Positions 8,812 to 19,712 of a stretch of DNA of 64,000 nucleotides are shown here, piece after piece (the stretch's first letter is position 1; the number at the start of each line of letters is the position of its first letter). Where the stretch lies: assembly GCA_020060545.1 (NCBI GenBank), contig JAGUZX010000131.1, positions 856 through 64,855 on the forward strand, read 5' to 3'. The position numbers were made by a program, and so were the translations under genes. The notes beneath the pieces are model-generated. The model had not been told where the DNA came from, made no database searches, and saw only the letters and a list, made by a program, of their open reading frames with translations. Origin of the DNA: Desulfovibrio sp. (GTDB lineage: Bacteria > Bacillota > Dethiobacteria > DTU022).

Positions 8812-9966
8812 ATGGGAACAAAAGTAGTGATTAAACATGGCACCGACCCGGCACAATTGGCTTATGAAGCAATTAAAAGTGTTTTTCTGGATGAAGCAAG
8901 GGGGAGGAAAGTTTTATTAAAGCCCAATACCGGGTTTAAAGGTCCTCCCGAAACCGGTCTTTGCACGCACCCCGAAGTAATCAGGGGACTGATCGCATTT
9001 TTTCTGGAGCAAGAAGCTTCAGAAATATATGTCGGTGACAGTTCCATTTTTGGGGTTGATGGATGGGAAGCCCTGAAGGAGTCCGGCATTAAAAAAGTGT
9101 GTGCAGAAACTGGCGCTATTTGCGTCAATCTTGATGATTTTCAAGGTGTGGAAAAGAAAATTCCGGAAGGGGTTATTGTCGATAAACTGAAGTTTTCCGC
9201 TTTAGTTTTTGAAGTTGATTTCATTGTGTCAGTCCCGGTAATAAAAACACATATGTATACCGGGGCAACTCTGAGCATTAAAAATATGAAAGGATGCCTT
9301 TACAAGAGGGAAAAATCGAAGCTGCATCGCATTTTTAAGGAATCTCCCGATCGGTCGAAAGGTTTAACTTTAGACTATGGTATAGCCGATATGGCCTCGG
9401 CTTTGATGCCCCATTACGCTGTCATTGACGGCATTGTCTGTATGGAAGGTTTTGGTCCCAGCGGGGGCGCGCCAAGGAATTTGGATTTAGTTATAGCCGG
9501 CAAAGACCCTGTGGCGGCAGACTTGGTTGCCGTAAAGCTGATGGGGATGGATTGGGATGCTATCCCGCATCTTAATCTTGTGCAAGAAAGATTCGGAAAA
9601 AGGCCGGAAACAGAGCTGGCAATTGAACCGTTGGATTTTATGAAATACAGCCGGAAGTTTAAGCTGGTAACCATGCAGGATTTAAACGTTTTCTATCCAA
9701 ACATAACTATTATCGAAGAGGGAGCCTGCAGCGCCTGCAGCAGCACCATCATATCTTTCCTAAAAGTACATGGAGACAAATTTAAGCACGACTATAGATT
9801 TGCTTTGGCCTCGGGTAAGGATTTAAAGGAAAGTCATTTAACTTCAGAACACACTTTTCTAATCGGTAATTGCGCTTCATCTTATAGGGATAAATTGCCT
9901 TTTTGTAAGGGCTGTCCACCGGTACCTTCTGACATTCTGGCTTTGGTTCACGGTGAGAAATATTAA
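8812..9966 (+). CDS. DUF362 domain protein with a Cys-rich C-terminus
   Basis: MGTKVVIKHG...LLKPNTGF...THPEVIRGLIAFF...VGDSS is the DUF362 core. C-terminal Cys motifs: CSACSS and CKGCPP. The ATG at 8812 follows AAGGAGG. Confidence 0.65.
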   Translation: MGTKVVIKHGTDPAQLAYEAIKSVFLDEARGRKVLLKPNTGFKGPPETGLCTHPEVIRGLIAFFLEQEASEIYVGDSSIFGVDGWEALKESGIKKVCAETGAICVNLDDFQGVEKKIPEGVIVDKLKFSALVFEVDFIVSVPVIKTHMYTGATLSIKNMKGCLYKREKSKLHRIFKESPDRSKGLTLDYGIADMASALMPHYAVIDGIVCMEGFGPSGGAPRNLDLVIAGKDPVAADLVAVKLMGMDWDAIPHLNLVQERFGKRPETELAIEPLDFMKYSRKFKLVTMQDLNVFYPNITIIEEGACSACSSTIISFLKVHGDKFKHDYRFALASGKDLKESHLTSEHTFLIGNCASSYRDKLPFCKGCPPVPSDILALVHGEKY

Positions 9967-9986
9967 CAAATACGGAGGGCTGATCA

Positions 9987-10649
9987 ATGGAAATAGAATT
10001 CTTAGGACATGCTGGGTTTTTGGTTAGTGAAAAGGAACATTCACTGGTCTTCGATCCCTTTTTAAGTGGCAACCCGCTGGCGATGAGAAAACCGGAAGAA
10101 ATTAAACCAAGATATATTTTTGTTTCTCATGCCCACCCCGACCATTTGGGGGACACTGTTTTAATTGGGAAAAAAGCTAATTCAGTAGTGTATACAACCT
10201 TTGAGCTGGCAGAGCAACTGGGTAAGGAAGGTTTGGATGTCAGGCCGGGGCATCTTGGGGGTAAACAGTTAACCGATTTTGGCAGCGTGAAATTATTCCT
10301 TGCCTTCCATGGAAGCGGCATCCCTGGAGGCCATGCCTGCGGCTTTGTTGTGGATGTGTGTGGGAAAAAGATTTATTTTGCTGGAGATACGGCTCTCTTC
10401 CAGGATATGAACCAATTATCTAAAGAACAAATTGACGTGGCGCTGTTGCCGATCGGTGATCTTTTTACAATGGGGCCGGAGGATGCCCTGGAGGCTGTTA
10501 AGCTGATTAAACCCAAATATGTAATCCCGATGCACTTTAATACGCTTCCTTTAATTAAACAGGATCCATTTCAATTTCAAAGAATGGTGGAAAGTGAAAC
10601 TGAAACGAAAGTAATTGTGTTGGACCCGGGCAAAACTTTTACTCTGTAA
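9987..10649 (+). CDS. UPF0173-type metal-dependent hydrolase (MBL fold)
   Basis: MEIEFLGHAGFLV...VSHAHPDHLGD...IPMHFNT is typical of the UPF0173/YtkL family. Confidence 0.8.
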   Translation: MEIEFLGHAGFLVSEKEHSLVFDPFLSGNPLAMRKPEEIKPRYIFVSHAHPDHLGDTVLIGKKANSVVYTTFELAEQLGKEGLDVRPGHLGGKQLTDFGSVKLFLAFHGSGIPGGHACGFVVDVCGKKIYFAGDTALFQDMNQLSKEQIDVALLPIGDLFTMGPEDALEAVKLIKPKYVIPMHFNTLPLIKQDPFQFQRMVESETETKVIVLDPGKTFTL

Positions 10650-10674
10650 ATAAATAAAGAAGGTGTTTCACCTG

Positions 10675-11130
10675 TTGATACGTAAAGCCGGCGCCAGGGA
10701 TAGCAATATTGTCGCTGAGATGGCCGCTCAACTTCTTTCCGAGTTAAGTGGAAATCCCGTCGGAATAAAGCCGTTACTCGGCATTGCCAAAGTGTTGCTT
10801 GCTTCTGAGTCAAGTCATTTTACCGTACTTTTAGCTTATCCCGGCGACGATCCCTCCCGGTATGTCGGGCTGCTCACAATTGCCGAAGTATCGGCGTTAT
10901 ACGCCTGTGGGAGTTTTGGAGTAATCCAGGAATTTTACGTTGCTCCGGCGGAGCGTTCAAAAGGAATCGGGCATCTTCTCCTAAAGGAAGCAATCAATCA
11001 CGGGCGCCAATGCGGTTGGAGCCGTATAGAGGTTGGCGCCCCTGATTTGCCAAAATGGGTGCGGACAGTTGACTTTTACCGGCGTGAAGGATTCCAAGAG
11101 ATAGGCCCCCGTTTAAAGTTAGCTTTATAG
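10675..11130 (+). CDS. GNAT-family N-acetyltransferase
   Basis: Acetyl-CoA motif A is present: QEFYVAPAERSKGIGHLLL. A TTG at 10675 lies 10 nt after AGAAGGTG. The track's GTG at 10663 is an alternative start. Confidence 0.75.
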   Translation: MIRKAGARDSNIVAEMAAQLLSELSGNPVGIKPLLGIAKVLLASESSHFTVLLAYPGDDPSRYVGLLTIAEVSALYACGSFGVIQEFYVAPAERSKGIGHLLLKEAINHGRQCGWSRIEVGAPDLPKWVRTVDFYRREGFQEIGPRLKLAL

Positions 11131-11161
11131 CCTCCTTTCTTACCGCGATATAACCGGGTAG

Positions 11162-11186
11162 GGGGGAGAAAACCTGTTTCTCCCCC
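11162..11186. terminator. Bidirectional hairpin between the convergent GNAT and htrA genes
   Basis: 10-bp stem GGGGGAGAAA/TTTCTCCCCC with a 5-nt loop. Confidence 0.55.
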
Positions 11187-11217
11187 TTGAATGTTATCTA
11201 AATTGCGGTTCCTTGCT

Positions 11218-12350
11218 TTACTGCATTTCTTCGAGGGTGATGCTTACTTTAATGGCCGCGCCGTCCCGGAGGACGGTAAGCTCGACGGTGTCCCCTGGGT
11301 AGTAGAGCAGCAGGGTATCATAGAGCTGGGCCACGAAAGCGATCTGTTTTTCATTGATCGCGGTAATCACATCGCCCTCGCGGAGCCCCGCTTTCGCCGC
11401 CGGGCCGCCCGCCACCAGCCTTGTAATATAAACTCCGCGGTCGGTGCTGATCCCGGTATGCCGGGATAAACTCTGCAAATAGATCCCCAGCTTCGGCCTC
11501 CGGACATAACCGTAGGCCATCAGGTCCTCGACAACCCGGCGCACAATCGTGCTCGGGATGGCAAAACCGATCCCTTCCACGCCGGGGCTGCTTACCTTGG
11601 CGGAGTTGATCCCGATGATCTCGCCGCTTAAGTTTACCAGGGGCCCGCCGCTGTTCCCGGCGTTAATCGCGGCGTCGGTCTGGATGTAGGTGTAGCTGTA
11701 GTCGCTGCCCTGGATACTGATTTCGCGCTCCAGGGCGCTGATTACCCCCGCCGTAACCGATTGCTGGAAAAACCCGAGGGGGTTGCCGACGGCGAATACG
11801 GCCTCGCCCACGCGCAGCCGGGACGAATCGCCCAGGCTTAAATAAGTAAGGCCGCTCCGCTCAATCTTCAACAGGGCCAGGTCCGTCAGCGGGTCCGCCC
11901 CCACCAGCTCGGCCTGCAGCCTTTCCGAGCCGGGGAAAACCACGGCGATTTCGTCGGCCTGTTCGACGACATGATAGTTGGTCACAATGTACCCGTCCGC
12001 GGTGATGACCACCCCCGAGCCGTTCCCTCTTTCCAGGAGCCCTTGCCGGCCGCGCTGGTTAAAGTAAGCATAATTGCTTACGCTGACCACGGCCGGCGCG
12101 ACCTGTTCCATGACATCCGCCACGGCAAACCCGTCCGCGGTGGTTAAAGACACCTGCACCGGCTGGCCCGGCGGAAGCGCGGCGGTTTTAGGCTCTTCCG
12201 GCAGGGCGAAACGGAAGAAGAGAGCCGAAACAAACGCGCCGCCCAGGATAAATCCAAGCATGGCCGTGAGTAAGACAGACCGCCGATATTTACGTTCTTC
12301 GGAAAACATTTGATTGACTGCCTCCTCCGTTGTTTTTTCGAACTTTTGCT

Positions 12351-12354
<4 letters not shown>
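11218..12354 (-). CDS. htrA: HtrA/DegP-family serine protease (trypsin-like domain plus PDZ), membrane anchored
   Basis: Catalytic motifs TNYHVV, D..LLK and GNSGGPLVN. C-terminal PDZ segment: GGPAAKAGLREGDVI. There is an N-terminal TM helix. The start overlaps the upstream ABC ATPase stop. Confidence 0.9.
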
Positions 12355-13043
<689 letters not shown>

Positions 13044-13338
13044 GCCGCAACACCTCCGCCGGTTTAAAATGAGAAGCAGGTTGCGGGACCGGTTCCGGCC
13101 CAGGTTGCGCAGCCCCCGTTTAAAACTGGACACGTGGTAAATCCCTCCTTAAGGCCTATTATTGCCATTTGTATACAGAATGCCTGTCTGTAAAATAGCA
13201 AAAAAATTTGTCCGATTTGTGAACGAACAGGGTCTTTTTCGAGAACTCGTTTGTCCGTTTTTTGTTGATCATTTGCCATAATTTTGCCACACGCGGCGGT
13301 TATACTACGGGAAGAGATCAGGCAAAGGAGGTGACAAG

Positions 13339-13719
13339 ATGAAACGCAAAGCAGTGATACTGGTTGTAGCACTTTTGCTCGTCGCCGGGTTGGCCCAGGT
13401 AGGCTTCGCTGCGCTCGATAACAACAGCGGTACATTCAGAGAGAAGTGTGCAGAAATTTGGGCCAACCTCTCCCCGGAACAGCAGGAGCAGGTGGAAGCG
13501 GCCCGCGAGGAGCACAGGGAACAGATGCAAGCGCTCCGCGAAGAATTCCAGGCCAGGCGGGCCGCGCTGCGGGAAGAATTCCTCCAGAAGCTGCCCGAGG
13601 AAGTGAGGGCGCAGGTGGAGGAAAGGATGGCCGCCCGTGAAGAAAGGATGGCCGAACGGCGCGGGATGCGCGGACCGGGCAATGGCTGGCACGGCGACTG
13701 CCCGCAGGGCGAGAACTAA
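13339..13719 (+). CDS. Secreted Spy/CpxP-like (LTxxQ-type) helical protein
   Basis: Signal peptide MKRKAVILVVALLLVAGLAQVGFA. The rest is highly charged helical repeats, with LSPEQQEQV resembling the LTxxQ motif. It is divergent from the ABC-htrA operon. Confidence 0.45.
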   Translation: MKRKAVILVVALLLVAGLAQVGFAALDNNSGTFREKCAEIWANLSPEQQEQVEAAREEHREQMQALREEFQARRAALREEFLQKLPEEVRAQVEERMAAREERMAERRGMRGPGNGWHGDCPQGEN

Positions 13720-13753
13720 GGGTGAAGCAAAACTAAACTTACCGGATTTACGC

Positions 13754-13787
13754 AGGAGAGCCCCCAAAAGGGGCTCTCCTTATTTGG
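13754..13787 (+). terminator. Intrinsic terminator
   Basis: AGGAGAGCCCC-aaaa-GGGGCTCTCCT followed by TATTTGGTTTT. Confidence 0.75.
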
Positions 13788-13885
13788 TTTTCCCGGAGTG
13801 GGCGGTTATGCTCGCGCTATGGCCCCGGGCGGTTTAGCGGTGCCGATAGAAAAAAAGGATCGTCACTGATTGGCCCGGTAACAGA

Positions 13886-14530
13886 TTATCCAGTAAACCG
13901 TTGCAGCAATTTTTTTTGCTCCGTCAAGAAGTAATCCTTTACTTCCGTCCAAGCCAGGGGCATATGCATTTTAGGGAGCGGTTCTCTTTCAGCATCATCA
14001 AAGTAGGAAAGGCTCTTGATCAGATGATAATAGTTTATTTCTGCTTCAGGGTACTTTTTGGGTAATAGTTCGATCATTGATTCGAGGCGGTTTTCCTTTT
14101 GGCAAATGATATAAAGATCGATGAAATCTTTACGGGCCCCCCTGTGGCTGACAGCAGCCCATTTCATCAAGCCAATATCCAATACGGATGCCAATTTTAA
14201 TCCCGGTATCTCCGTTGTTTGGATCAGCGACCCTAGAAGTGGGTTAGGATAATAAAGCCAGGTAAGGCGTATCCCATCCAAAAGGCCGTGAAAAGTGCCT
14301 TTTTGGGTATCCGCAATCTTGACTCGTCCGATCTGGGCCAGGCTTCGATATAAAACTTCAGGGTCAAAGGCAACAGGGGAAAACCAGTCAAAATCGACTG
14401 ATTCGCGATGGCCGAGGATGAGTGCGAGTGCCGTGCCGCCGGCCAGGTAGCTGCCGGGAAGAGGCAGGTTATCAACCAGGTTGGTCAAAAAAGCCTTTCC
14501 TTCTCTGCCGACCGTATTCCAGTAGAGCAC
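13886..14530 (-). CDS. Nucleotidyltransferase AbiEii/AbiGii-family toxin (type IV TA)
   Basis: LAGGTALALILGHRESVDFDWF is the GG(T/S)AL...R.S.D.D nucleotidyltransferase motif of AbiEii toxins. 214 aa. Confidence 0.7.
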   Translation of the reverse strand: MLYWNTVGREGKAFLTNLVDNLPLPGSYLAGGTALALILGHRESVDFDWFSPVAFDPEVLYRSLAQIGRVKIADTQKGTFHGLLDGIRLTWLYYPNPLLGSLIQTTEIPGLKLASVLDIGLMKWAAVSHRGARKDFIDLYIICQKENRLESMIELLPKKYPEAEINYYHLIKSLSYFDDAEREPLPKMHMPLAWTEVKDYFLTEQKKLLQRFTG

Positions 14531-14787
14531 ATCTCTTCCTCCTTTAGGTCAAAATAATTTTGCCAGCAGCGGGCTGTTTTCAGGGTAAGGCCCCGGCTCG
14601 TTTGCACAGCTTCCTTAATTATACTTTTAGGGTAACTGCGGTACAACCATTCCAGGGAGCAGTGGTCTCCTTCGTTCAAGAGCCTCTCGATAATGAATAT
14701 GCGATGCCGCTGCAGGTCAAGTTCCTCCGGGGATATGTCCCAGAAATATGCTCGCAACCAGGATGGCACTTTATCGTGATTTTGCAT
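14485..14787 (-). CDS. Putative cognate antitoxin/partner of the AbiEii toxin (family not recognised)
   Basis: The ATG at 14787 gives a 100-aa product, MQNHDKVPSWLRAYFWDISPEELDLQRHRIFIIERLLNEGD... Its 3' end overlaps the toxin start by 46 nt. I reject the track's upstream 64 aa. Confidence 0.45.
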   Translation of the reverse strand: MQNHDKVPSWLRAYFWDISPEELDLQRHRIFIIERLLNEGDHCSLEWLYRSYPKSIIKEAVQTSRGLTLKTARCWQNYFDLKEEEMCSTGIRSAEKERLF

Positions 14788-14863
14788 GTCCGAACCTGCT
14801 CTCGCTACATATTTACAATATTTTACACCATAGAGGTTATTTATGCAAGCCTTAAATCCCGAA

Positions 14864-14893
14864 AAGCAGGAATGTAGAAAGCAGGAATGTAGA
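14864..14893. repeat. Perfect 15-bp tandem direct repeat (AAGCAGGAATGTAGA x2) upstream of the TA pair
   Basis: Read directly from the sequence. It lies about 80 nt upstream of the antitoxin start on the minus strand, so it is a candidate operator. Confidence 0.7.
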
Positions 14894-15007
14894 TGGCAAA
14901 TATTGAATCCAAAAATAGAAAAGGTTTTGCATAGGAAAAGCGCACGGACAGCTAAACGGTCGCGATTCATTTTAATCATGCATCATTCAATGCTGTTGGA
15001 GGTAATG

Positions 15008-15193
15008 ATGTATTTAAACCTCTATGCGTTACCGCTTTTTGCAGTCACAGTCATCATGCTGCTGATGGCATACCGGGCCTGGCGCTTTCGCTTTGCACCG
15101 GCCGCAAAGGCATTTATTCTGCTGGTCGTGTGCAATGTTGTTTATGCCCTCTTTTATGCTTTGGAGATCTCGTCGCTTTCCCTGGATTGGTAA
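15008..15193 (+). pseudogene. N-terminal fragment of a 7TM-type sensor protein
   Basis: MYLNLYALPLFAVTVIMLLMAYRAWRFRFAPAAKAFILLVVCNVVYALFYALEISS resembles the first two helices of the histidine-kinase N-terminal 7TM domain. A stop follows after about 61 aa. Confidence 0.3.
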
Positions 15194-15264
15194 ATTGTGT
15201 TTGCAGGGCGGTCATGAAAAAAGCGGGTCAACCCCGCGCCAAGTTTTGAGGGGAGGGTGGGACT

Positions 15265-16128
15265 ATGACGGAACCGGCGATCAAGGTTAAGGGCCTGAGT
15301 TATTGGTACGGCAATCTGCAGGCGGTCAAAAATATTGATTTCGAGGTTTTTCCGGGGGAGATCCTCGGCTTTCTCGGGCCGAACGGTGCCGGCAAGTCGA
15401 CCACGATCAAGGTACTCACCGGCCAGCTGAGGCCCATGGGCGGCGCGGCGCAAATCCTCGGGTTTAAAATCGGCGCGGAAGACCCTGAACTGCAGGCGCA
15501 AATCGGGGTGTGCTTTGAGGAGAAGAACCTCTACCTGGAGATGAGCGCGCTCGAAAATTTAGATTTTTTCGCTTCTCTCTTCGGGATTAAAAATGCCAAC
15601 TCCCTGGAGGCCTTGCGGCGGGTGGGGCTTGCCGACCGGGCGAAAGACCGCGTGAGCAGCTTCTCCAAGGGGATGCGCCAGCGCTTGATGATTTCGCGCG
15701 CGTTTATCAACAAGCCGAAGGTGCTCTTTCTTGACGAGCCGACCGACGGCCTGGACCCGGTGACCGCGAAGGAGATCCGCAAGACGATCAAGGAGGAGGC
15801 CGCCCGCGGCGCGGCGATCCTGCTTACCACGCACAATATGTTTGAAGCGGATGAGCTCTCCGACCGGGTTGCTTTCATCAACGAGGGCGAGATCGTCGCC
15901 CTCAACACCGCCGAGAACCTCAAGCTCAAGTACGGCAAGCGGTCGGTGCGCGTCCGGCTGCGCGACGGTGACGATGTCCGCGAGGAGCACATCCCGCTGG
16001 ACGGCGGCGGATCCTCGGCGCGCCTGGCCGCGCTCGCCGCTTCGCCCGACCTCCTGACGATTCATACCGAGGAGGCCACACTCGAGTCGATTTTTATCCG
16101 GTTGACCGGCAGGGGGCTGGCAGGATGA
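15265..16128 (+). CDS. ABC-2-type transporter ATP-binding protein
   Basis: Walker A GPNGAGKST, signature FSKGMRQRL, Walker B LFLDEPTDGLD. GGGAGGGTGGG acts as RBS. Confidence 0.9.
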   Translation: MTEPAIKVKGLSYWYGNLQAVKNIDFEVFPGEILGFLGPNGAGKSTTIKVLTGQLRPMGGAAQILGFKIGAEDPELQAQIGVCFEEKNLYLEMSALENLDFFASLFGIKNANSLEALRRVGLADRAKDRVSSFSKGMRQRLMISRAFINKPKVLFLDEPTDGLDPVTAKEIRKTIKEEAARGAAILLTTHNMFEADELSDRVAFINEGEIVALNTAENLKLKYGKRSVRVRLRDGDDVREEHIPLDGGGSSARLAALAASPDLLTIHTEEATLESIFIRLTGRGLAG

Positions 16129-17369
16129 AGCGACCGGTATCCAGCGGCGCGGTTTTAGGCGCGATTTTGAAAAAAGATTTGCGGCTCTACAGCCGGAACA
16201 AGATCTACCTGTTCCTGACTGTGCTGAGCCTTGTATTTTTTGTGCTGATCTTCTGGATCATGCCCGATACGGTCGACGAGACGATCGTGCTTGCAGTTTC
16301 GCCGCCCATCCGGACGATGATCGGCGAAGCCAGGGAGGCGCTGCGCAAGCTCGGCGTCCCCGAGGCGCAGCTTGAACAGCTGGATCAGTTGGACTTTTCA
16401 CGAGAGGCGGAGGGGCTGCAGCTGGTGGAGCTGGAGAGCGAGGCGGAGCTCAGGCGCGTTATTGAAGGCGGGCTCGAGGTTTACCGCACCGCGGACGGCG
16501 GCCTGGTCCTGCGCGACCCGGATACCGGCGAAAAGAAGCCCGGGGAAGCCCGGCGGGTGAAGCCCGGCATCGGCATCGCCTTCCCCAAGCTTTTCATTGC
16601 GGACGCCGCCAGGGGGGCCAGGACCACGGTCACGGTCTATGCGGACGCGGCGGTGCCGGAAGAGATCCGGGGCGCGATGCAGAGCTTTGTGCGCGAGATC
16701 GCCTACCAGCTCGCCGGGCGCGGGCTGCCGGTCGAGCTGCCGGCCGAGGAGGCGATTATCCTGGGACGGGATCGCGCGGGCGATCAGGCATCTCTGCGGG
16801 ACAAACTGCGGCCGATGCTGGCGTTTTTCGTCCTGCTCATTGAGACGTTCGCCATGGCCTCGCTTATCTCGACCGAAATACTGCAGCGCACCGTGACCGC
16901 GCTCATGGTTACGCCGATGCGGATCTGGCATTTCCTTGCCGCCAAGACGGTTTTCGGCACCGGCCTGGCGCTGGGCCAGGGGTTGCTGGTCCTGGCGCTG
17001 GTCGGGGCGTTTACCCCCGCCAACTGGCCGCTCCTTCTCGTAACGATGCTGATCGGGTCGATCATGTTCACCGGTGTGGCTATGCTTATCGGCGCCGCCG
17101 GGAAAGACTTCGTCAGCCAGCTCATGTACGCCCTTTTATTTACCGTGCCACTGATGATTCCCACGTTCGCGGTGCTTTTCCCCGGCACCGCCGCCGCGTG
17201 GATCCGGGCCATCCCCAGCTACCCTGTGATCGACCTGCTCGTGGGCGTCACGATCTACGATGCCGGGTGGGCGGAGTCCCTGGGCGCCCTCGCCTGCGCG
17301 CTGCTGTGGGTGGCTATTCTCTCCGCGGCGGGCCTGTTTATTCTGAAGCGGAAGGTGGAGTCGCTATGA
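16125..17369 (+). CDS. ABC-2 family permease with a large extracytoplasmic loop
   Basis: Start overlaps the ATPase stop. One TM helix, an about 200-aa loop, then 5 C-terminal TM helices. Confidence 0.7.
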   Translation: MKRPVSSGAVLGAILKKDLRLYSRNKIYLFLTVLSLVFFVLIFWIMPDTVDETIVLAVSPPIRTMIGEAREALRKLGVPEAQLEQLDQLDFSREAEGLQLVELESEAELRRVIEGGLEVYRTADGGLVLRDPDTGEKKPGEARRVKPGIGIAFPKLFIADAARGARTTVTVYADAAVPEEIRGAMQSFVREIAYQLAGRGLPVELPAEEAIILGRDRAGDQASLRDKLRPMLAFFVLLIETFAMASLISTEILQRTVTALMVTPMRIWHFLAAKTVFGTGLALGQGLLVLALVGAFTPANWPLLLVTMLIGSIMFTGVAMLIGAAGKDFVSQLMYALLFTVPLMIPTFAVLFPGTAAAWIRAIPSYPVIDLLVGVTIYDAGWAESLGALACALLWVAILSAAGLFILKRKVESL

Positions 17370-18415
17370 GCCTGCAGCGTGTCTGGAGCCTGTTCCGCAA
17401 GGATTTTGCGCTGGGGCCGCGCAAGCCCTTTTTCCTCTTCGCGGTGGTTATGCCCGTGGCGCTGACGCTGATCTTCCAGGTGGCTTTCGGCTCGCTCTTC
17501 GAGCCCAAGCCCCGCCTGGGGATTGTCGACGAGGGCGGCTCCGAGATTACCGCGGCCGTCCGGCGGATGGAAGGGGTTACACTCGCGCTGCTTGACGATA
17601 CCGGGGAGCTGAAGCGGCGGGTTCAAAATAACGACCTCGATGCCGGCCTGGTCCTGCCGCCCGGCTTCGATGCGGCGGTGCGCGCGGGACAGCGGCCGAA
17701 GCTCGAATTTTATATCGGCGGCGAGAGCCTGGCCTCAAACCGCATCATTTTAAGCGTTACGGCCATCGACCTGATCCGCGGTGTCGCGGGGCTCGAGGCC
17801 CCCGTCACCGTCGAAACGGTGCGCTTCGGGGAGGCGGGGCTGCCCGTTGCCATCCGCCTGGTTCCTTTAATCGTTTTCTATGCCCTTGTCCTGGCCGGAG
17901 TCTGGATTACCGGTTCGAGCCTCGTCGAGGAGAAGGAGAAAAGCACCCTCGCGGCGCTGCTGGTCACCCCCGCCAGGCTGAACGAGGTCTACGCCTCCAA
18001 GTGGCTGCTCGGGTTCGTTTTTGCTTCATTCATGGCGGCGGCCACGCTTTTCTTAAACCGCGCCTTCGGCCCGCGCCCGCTCGATGTCCTCGCGGTGATC
18101 CTGGTGGCGGCCGCTCTCAACGCCATGCTCGGCCTGCTCGTGGGCGTGCTCTCGAAGAGCTCGACGACCCTGTTTACGCTGATCAAGGGGGCCGGCATTT
18201 TCCTGTTTGCGCCGGTGATCTTTTACCTCTTTCCGGACTGGCCGCAGTGGATCGCGCGCATCTTCCCGCTCTACTGGATTATCGAGCCGATCTGGCAGGT
18301 GTCGGTAATGGGCGAGCCTCTCGCCAGGGTCTGGTTTGAGCTCGCTGTCGCCGTCGCGATTACGGCGGCCCTGGTCCCGGCGATCATGCTTGTGGAGCGC
18401 CGCATGAAGGCGTAG
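17366..18415 (+). CDS. ABC-2 family permease (second subunit)
   Basis: ATGA overlap with the previous stop. MSLQRVWSLFRKDFALGPRKPFFLF..., same topology as the preceding permease. The track's upstream extension is rejected. Confidence 0.7.
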   Translation: MSLQRVWSLFRKDFALGPRKPFFLFAVVMPVALTLIFQVAFGSLFEPKPRLGIVDEGGSEITAAVRRMEGVTLALLDDTGELKRRVQNNDLDAGLVLPPGFDAAVRAGQRPKLEFYIGGESLASNRIILSVTAIDLIRGVAGLEAPVTVETVRFGEAGLPVAIRLVPLIVFYALVLAGVWITGSSLVEEKEKSTLAALLVTPARLNEVYASKWLLGFVFASFMAAATLFLNRAFGPRPLDVLAVILVAAALNAMLGLLVGVLSKSSTTLFTLIKGAGIFLFAPVIFYLFPDWPQWIARIFPLYWIIEPIWQVSVMGEPLARVWFELAVAVAITAALVPAIMLVERRMKA

Positions 18416-18470
18416 CGAATAAGGATCCCGCGCCGCCGCCCCAATGCATTTCGACACGAGGTAGCAGCTG

Positions 18471-19712
18471 TTGAAAGAGCTGATTAAAAACCGTTCCTTT
18501 ATTTTTCTCTGGGCGGCGCAGGGCGCATCCTCGCTGGGTCATACCTTCTCCGCTTTTGTCATCGCCTGCCTGGTTTACGAACTGACCGGCTCCAAGCTGG
18601 CCATGAGCGGCATGCATATCGCCTTCATGGTCCCCAACCTGTCCATGCAGCTGCTCGCCGGCCCCTACCTGGACCGCTGGAACCGCCGGGCGGTGATGAT
18701 TTTTTCGCAATGGACCAGGGCGGCGGTTTACCTGGCGGCGGTGGTCCTCTATCCTCTGGGCCTGCTCGAGGTCTGGCATCTCTACCTGATCACCATCGTC
18801 TCCGGCGCGGTGGAACCGCTGTTCCGCGCATCGAGCATGGCCTATGTGGCGGAGATCTTGCCGAAAAGCCACCTGATGCAGGGCAATTCTTTGCTCCAGG
18901 GAACGGTGCAGGTCTTAATGCTGGCCGGGCCCGCGCTGGGCGGGCTGCTCGTAACCACGGCCGGGGCCGGGGTGGTGCTGATCTGCCTGGTCGGCGCGCT
19001 GGGGCTGGCGGGCCTGCTGCTTTGCCGGGTCCCCCAGGCGACGCAACCGAAGCGCGAGCAGAGTGAAAGCTGGTTTGCCCAGTTCCGGGAGGGGGTCAAG
19101 TTTTTTCAGGTTTATACCGTGCTGTTCTGGGTCGGCATGCTCCTGACTGTGATCAATGCTTGCAACGGCGCCTCGCAGCCGATGTTCCTGCCGTTTGTCA
19201 AGGAAGAGCTGGGCGGGACCGAACAGCATTACGGCATCTTCACCTCCGCCTCTTCGGCCGGGATGCTGCTCGGCTCACTCTGGACGGGGCTCCGGAAAGA
19301 CCCGCAAAACAGGCGGCTCGCGATGTTGGGGTCGCTGCTGCTCGGCGGCCTGATGCTGGGCGGGCTGGGCTGGGTGCGCAGTTTTCCCGCGGCGGTGGCG
19401 CTGACAGCCGGCTCGGGTTTCTTCTCCCTGATGTTTACGATTAACAATACGACGCTCTACCAGAAGAGAGTGCCGGAGGAGCTGCGCGGCCGGGTTTTCG
19501 CGGTGCGGATGCTGATGGCCCAGGCCGGCATCCCGATTGGCTCCATGATCGGCGGGCTCTACGCCGAAGCGTGGGGGATCAGAAGCCTGTTTACGGCCCT
19601 GGGCGCCGTAATGGTTTTGGTCACGGCCGCCGCCCTGCTGGCTCCGGTTTACCACAAATTAAACGACCCCGCCCCCGGCGAAGCAAGTGTGCCAAGGGGA
19701 CGGAGTGCGTGA
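18471..19712 (+). CDS. MFS transporter (EntS/YbdA-like exporter type)
   Basis: 12 predicted TM helices. N-terminus FIFLWAAQGASSLG..., with a DRWNRR loop between TM2 and TM3. Confidence 0.75.
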   Translation: MKELIKNRSFIFLWAAQGASSLGHTFSAFVIACLVYELTGSKLAMSGMHIAFMVPNLSMQLLAGPYLDRWNRRAVMIFSQWTRAAVYLAAVVLYPLGLLEVWHLYLITIVSGAVEPLFRASSMAYVAEILPKSHLMQGNSLLQGTVQVLMLAGPALGGLLVTTAGAGVVLICLVGALGLAGLLLCRVPQATQPKREQSESWFAQFREGVKFFQVYTVLFWVGMLLTVINACNGASQPMFLPFVKEELGGTEQHYGIFTSASSAGMLLGSLWTGLRKDPQNRRLAMLGSLLLGGLMLGGLGWVRSFPAAVALTAGSGFFSLMFTINNTTLYQKRVPEELRGRVFAVRMLMAQAGIPIGSMIGGLYAEAWGIRSLFTALGAVMVLVTAAALLAPVYHKLNDPAPGEASVPRGRSA

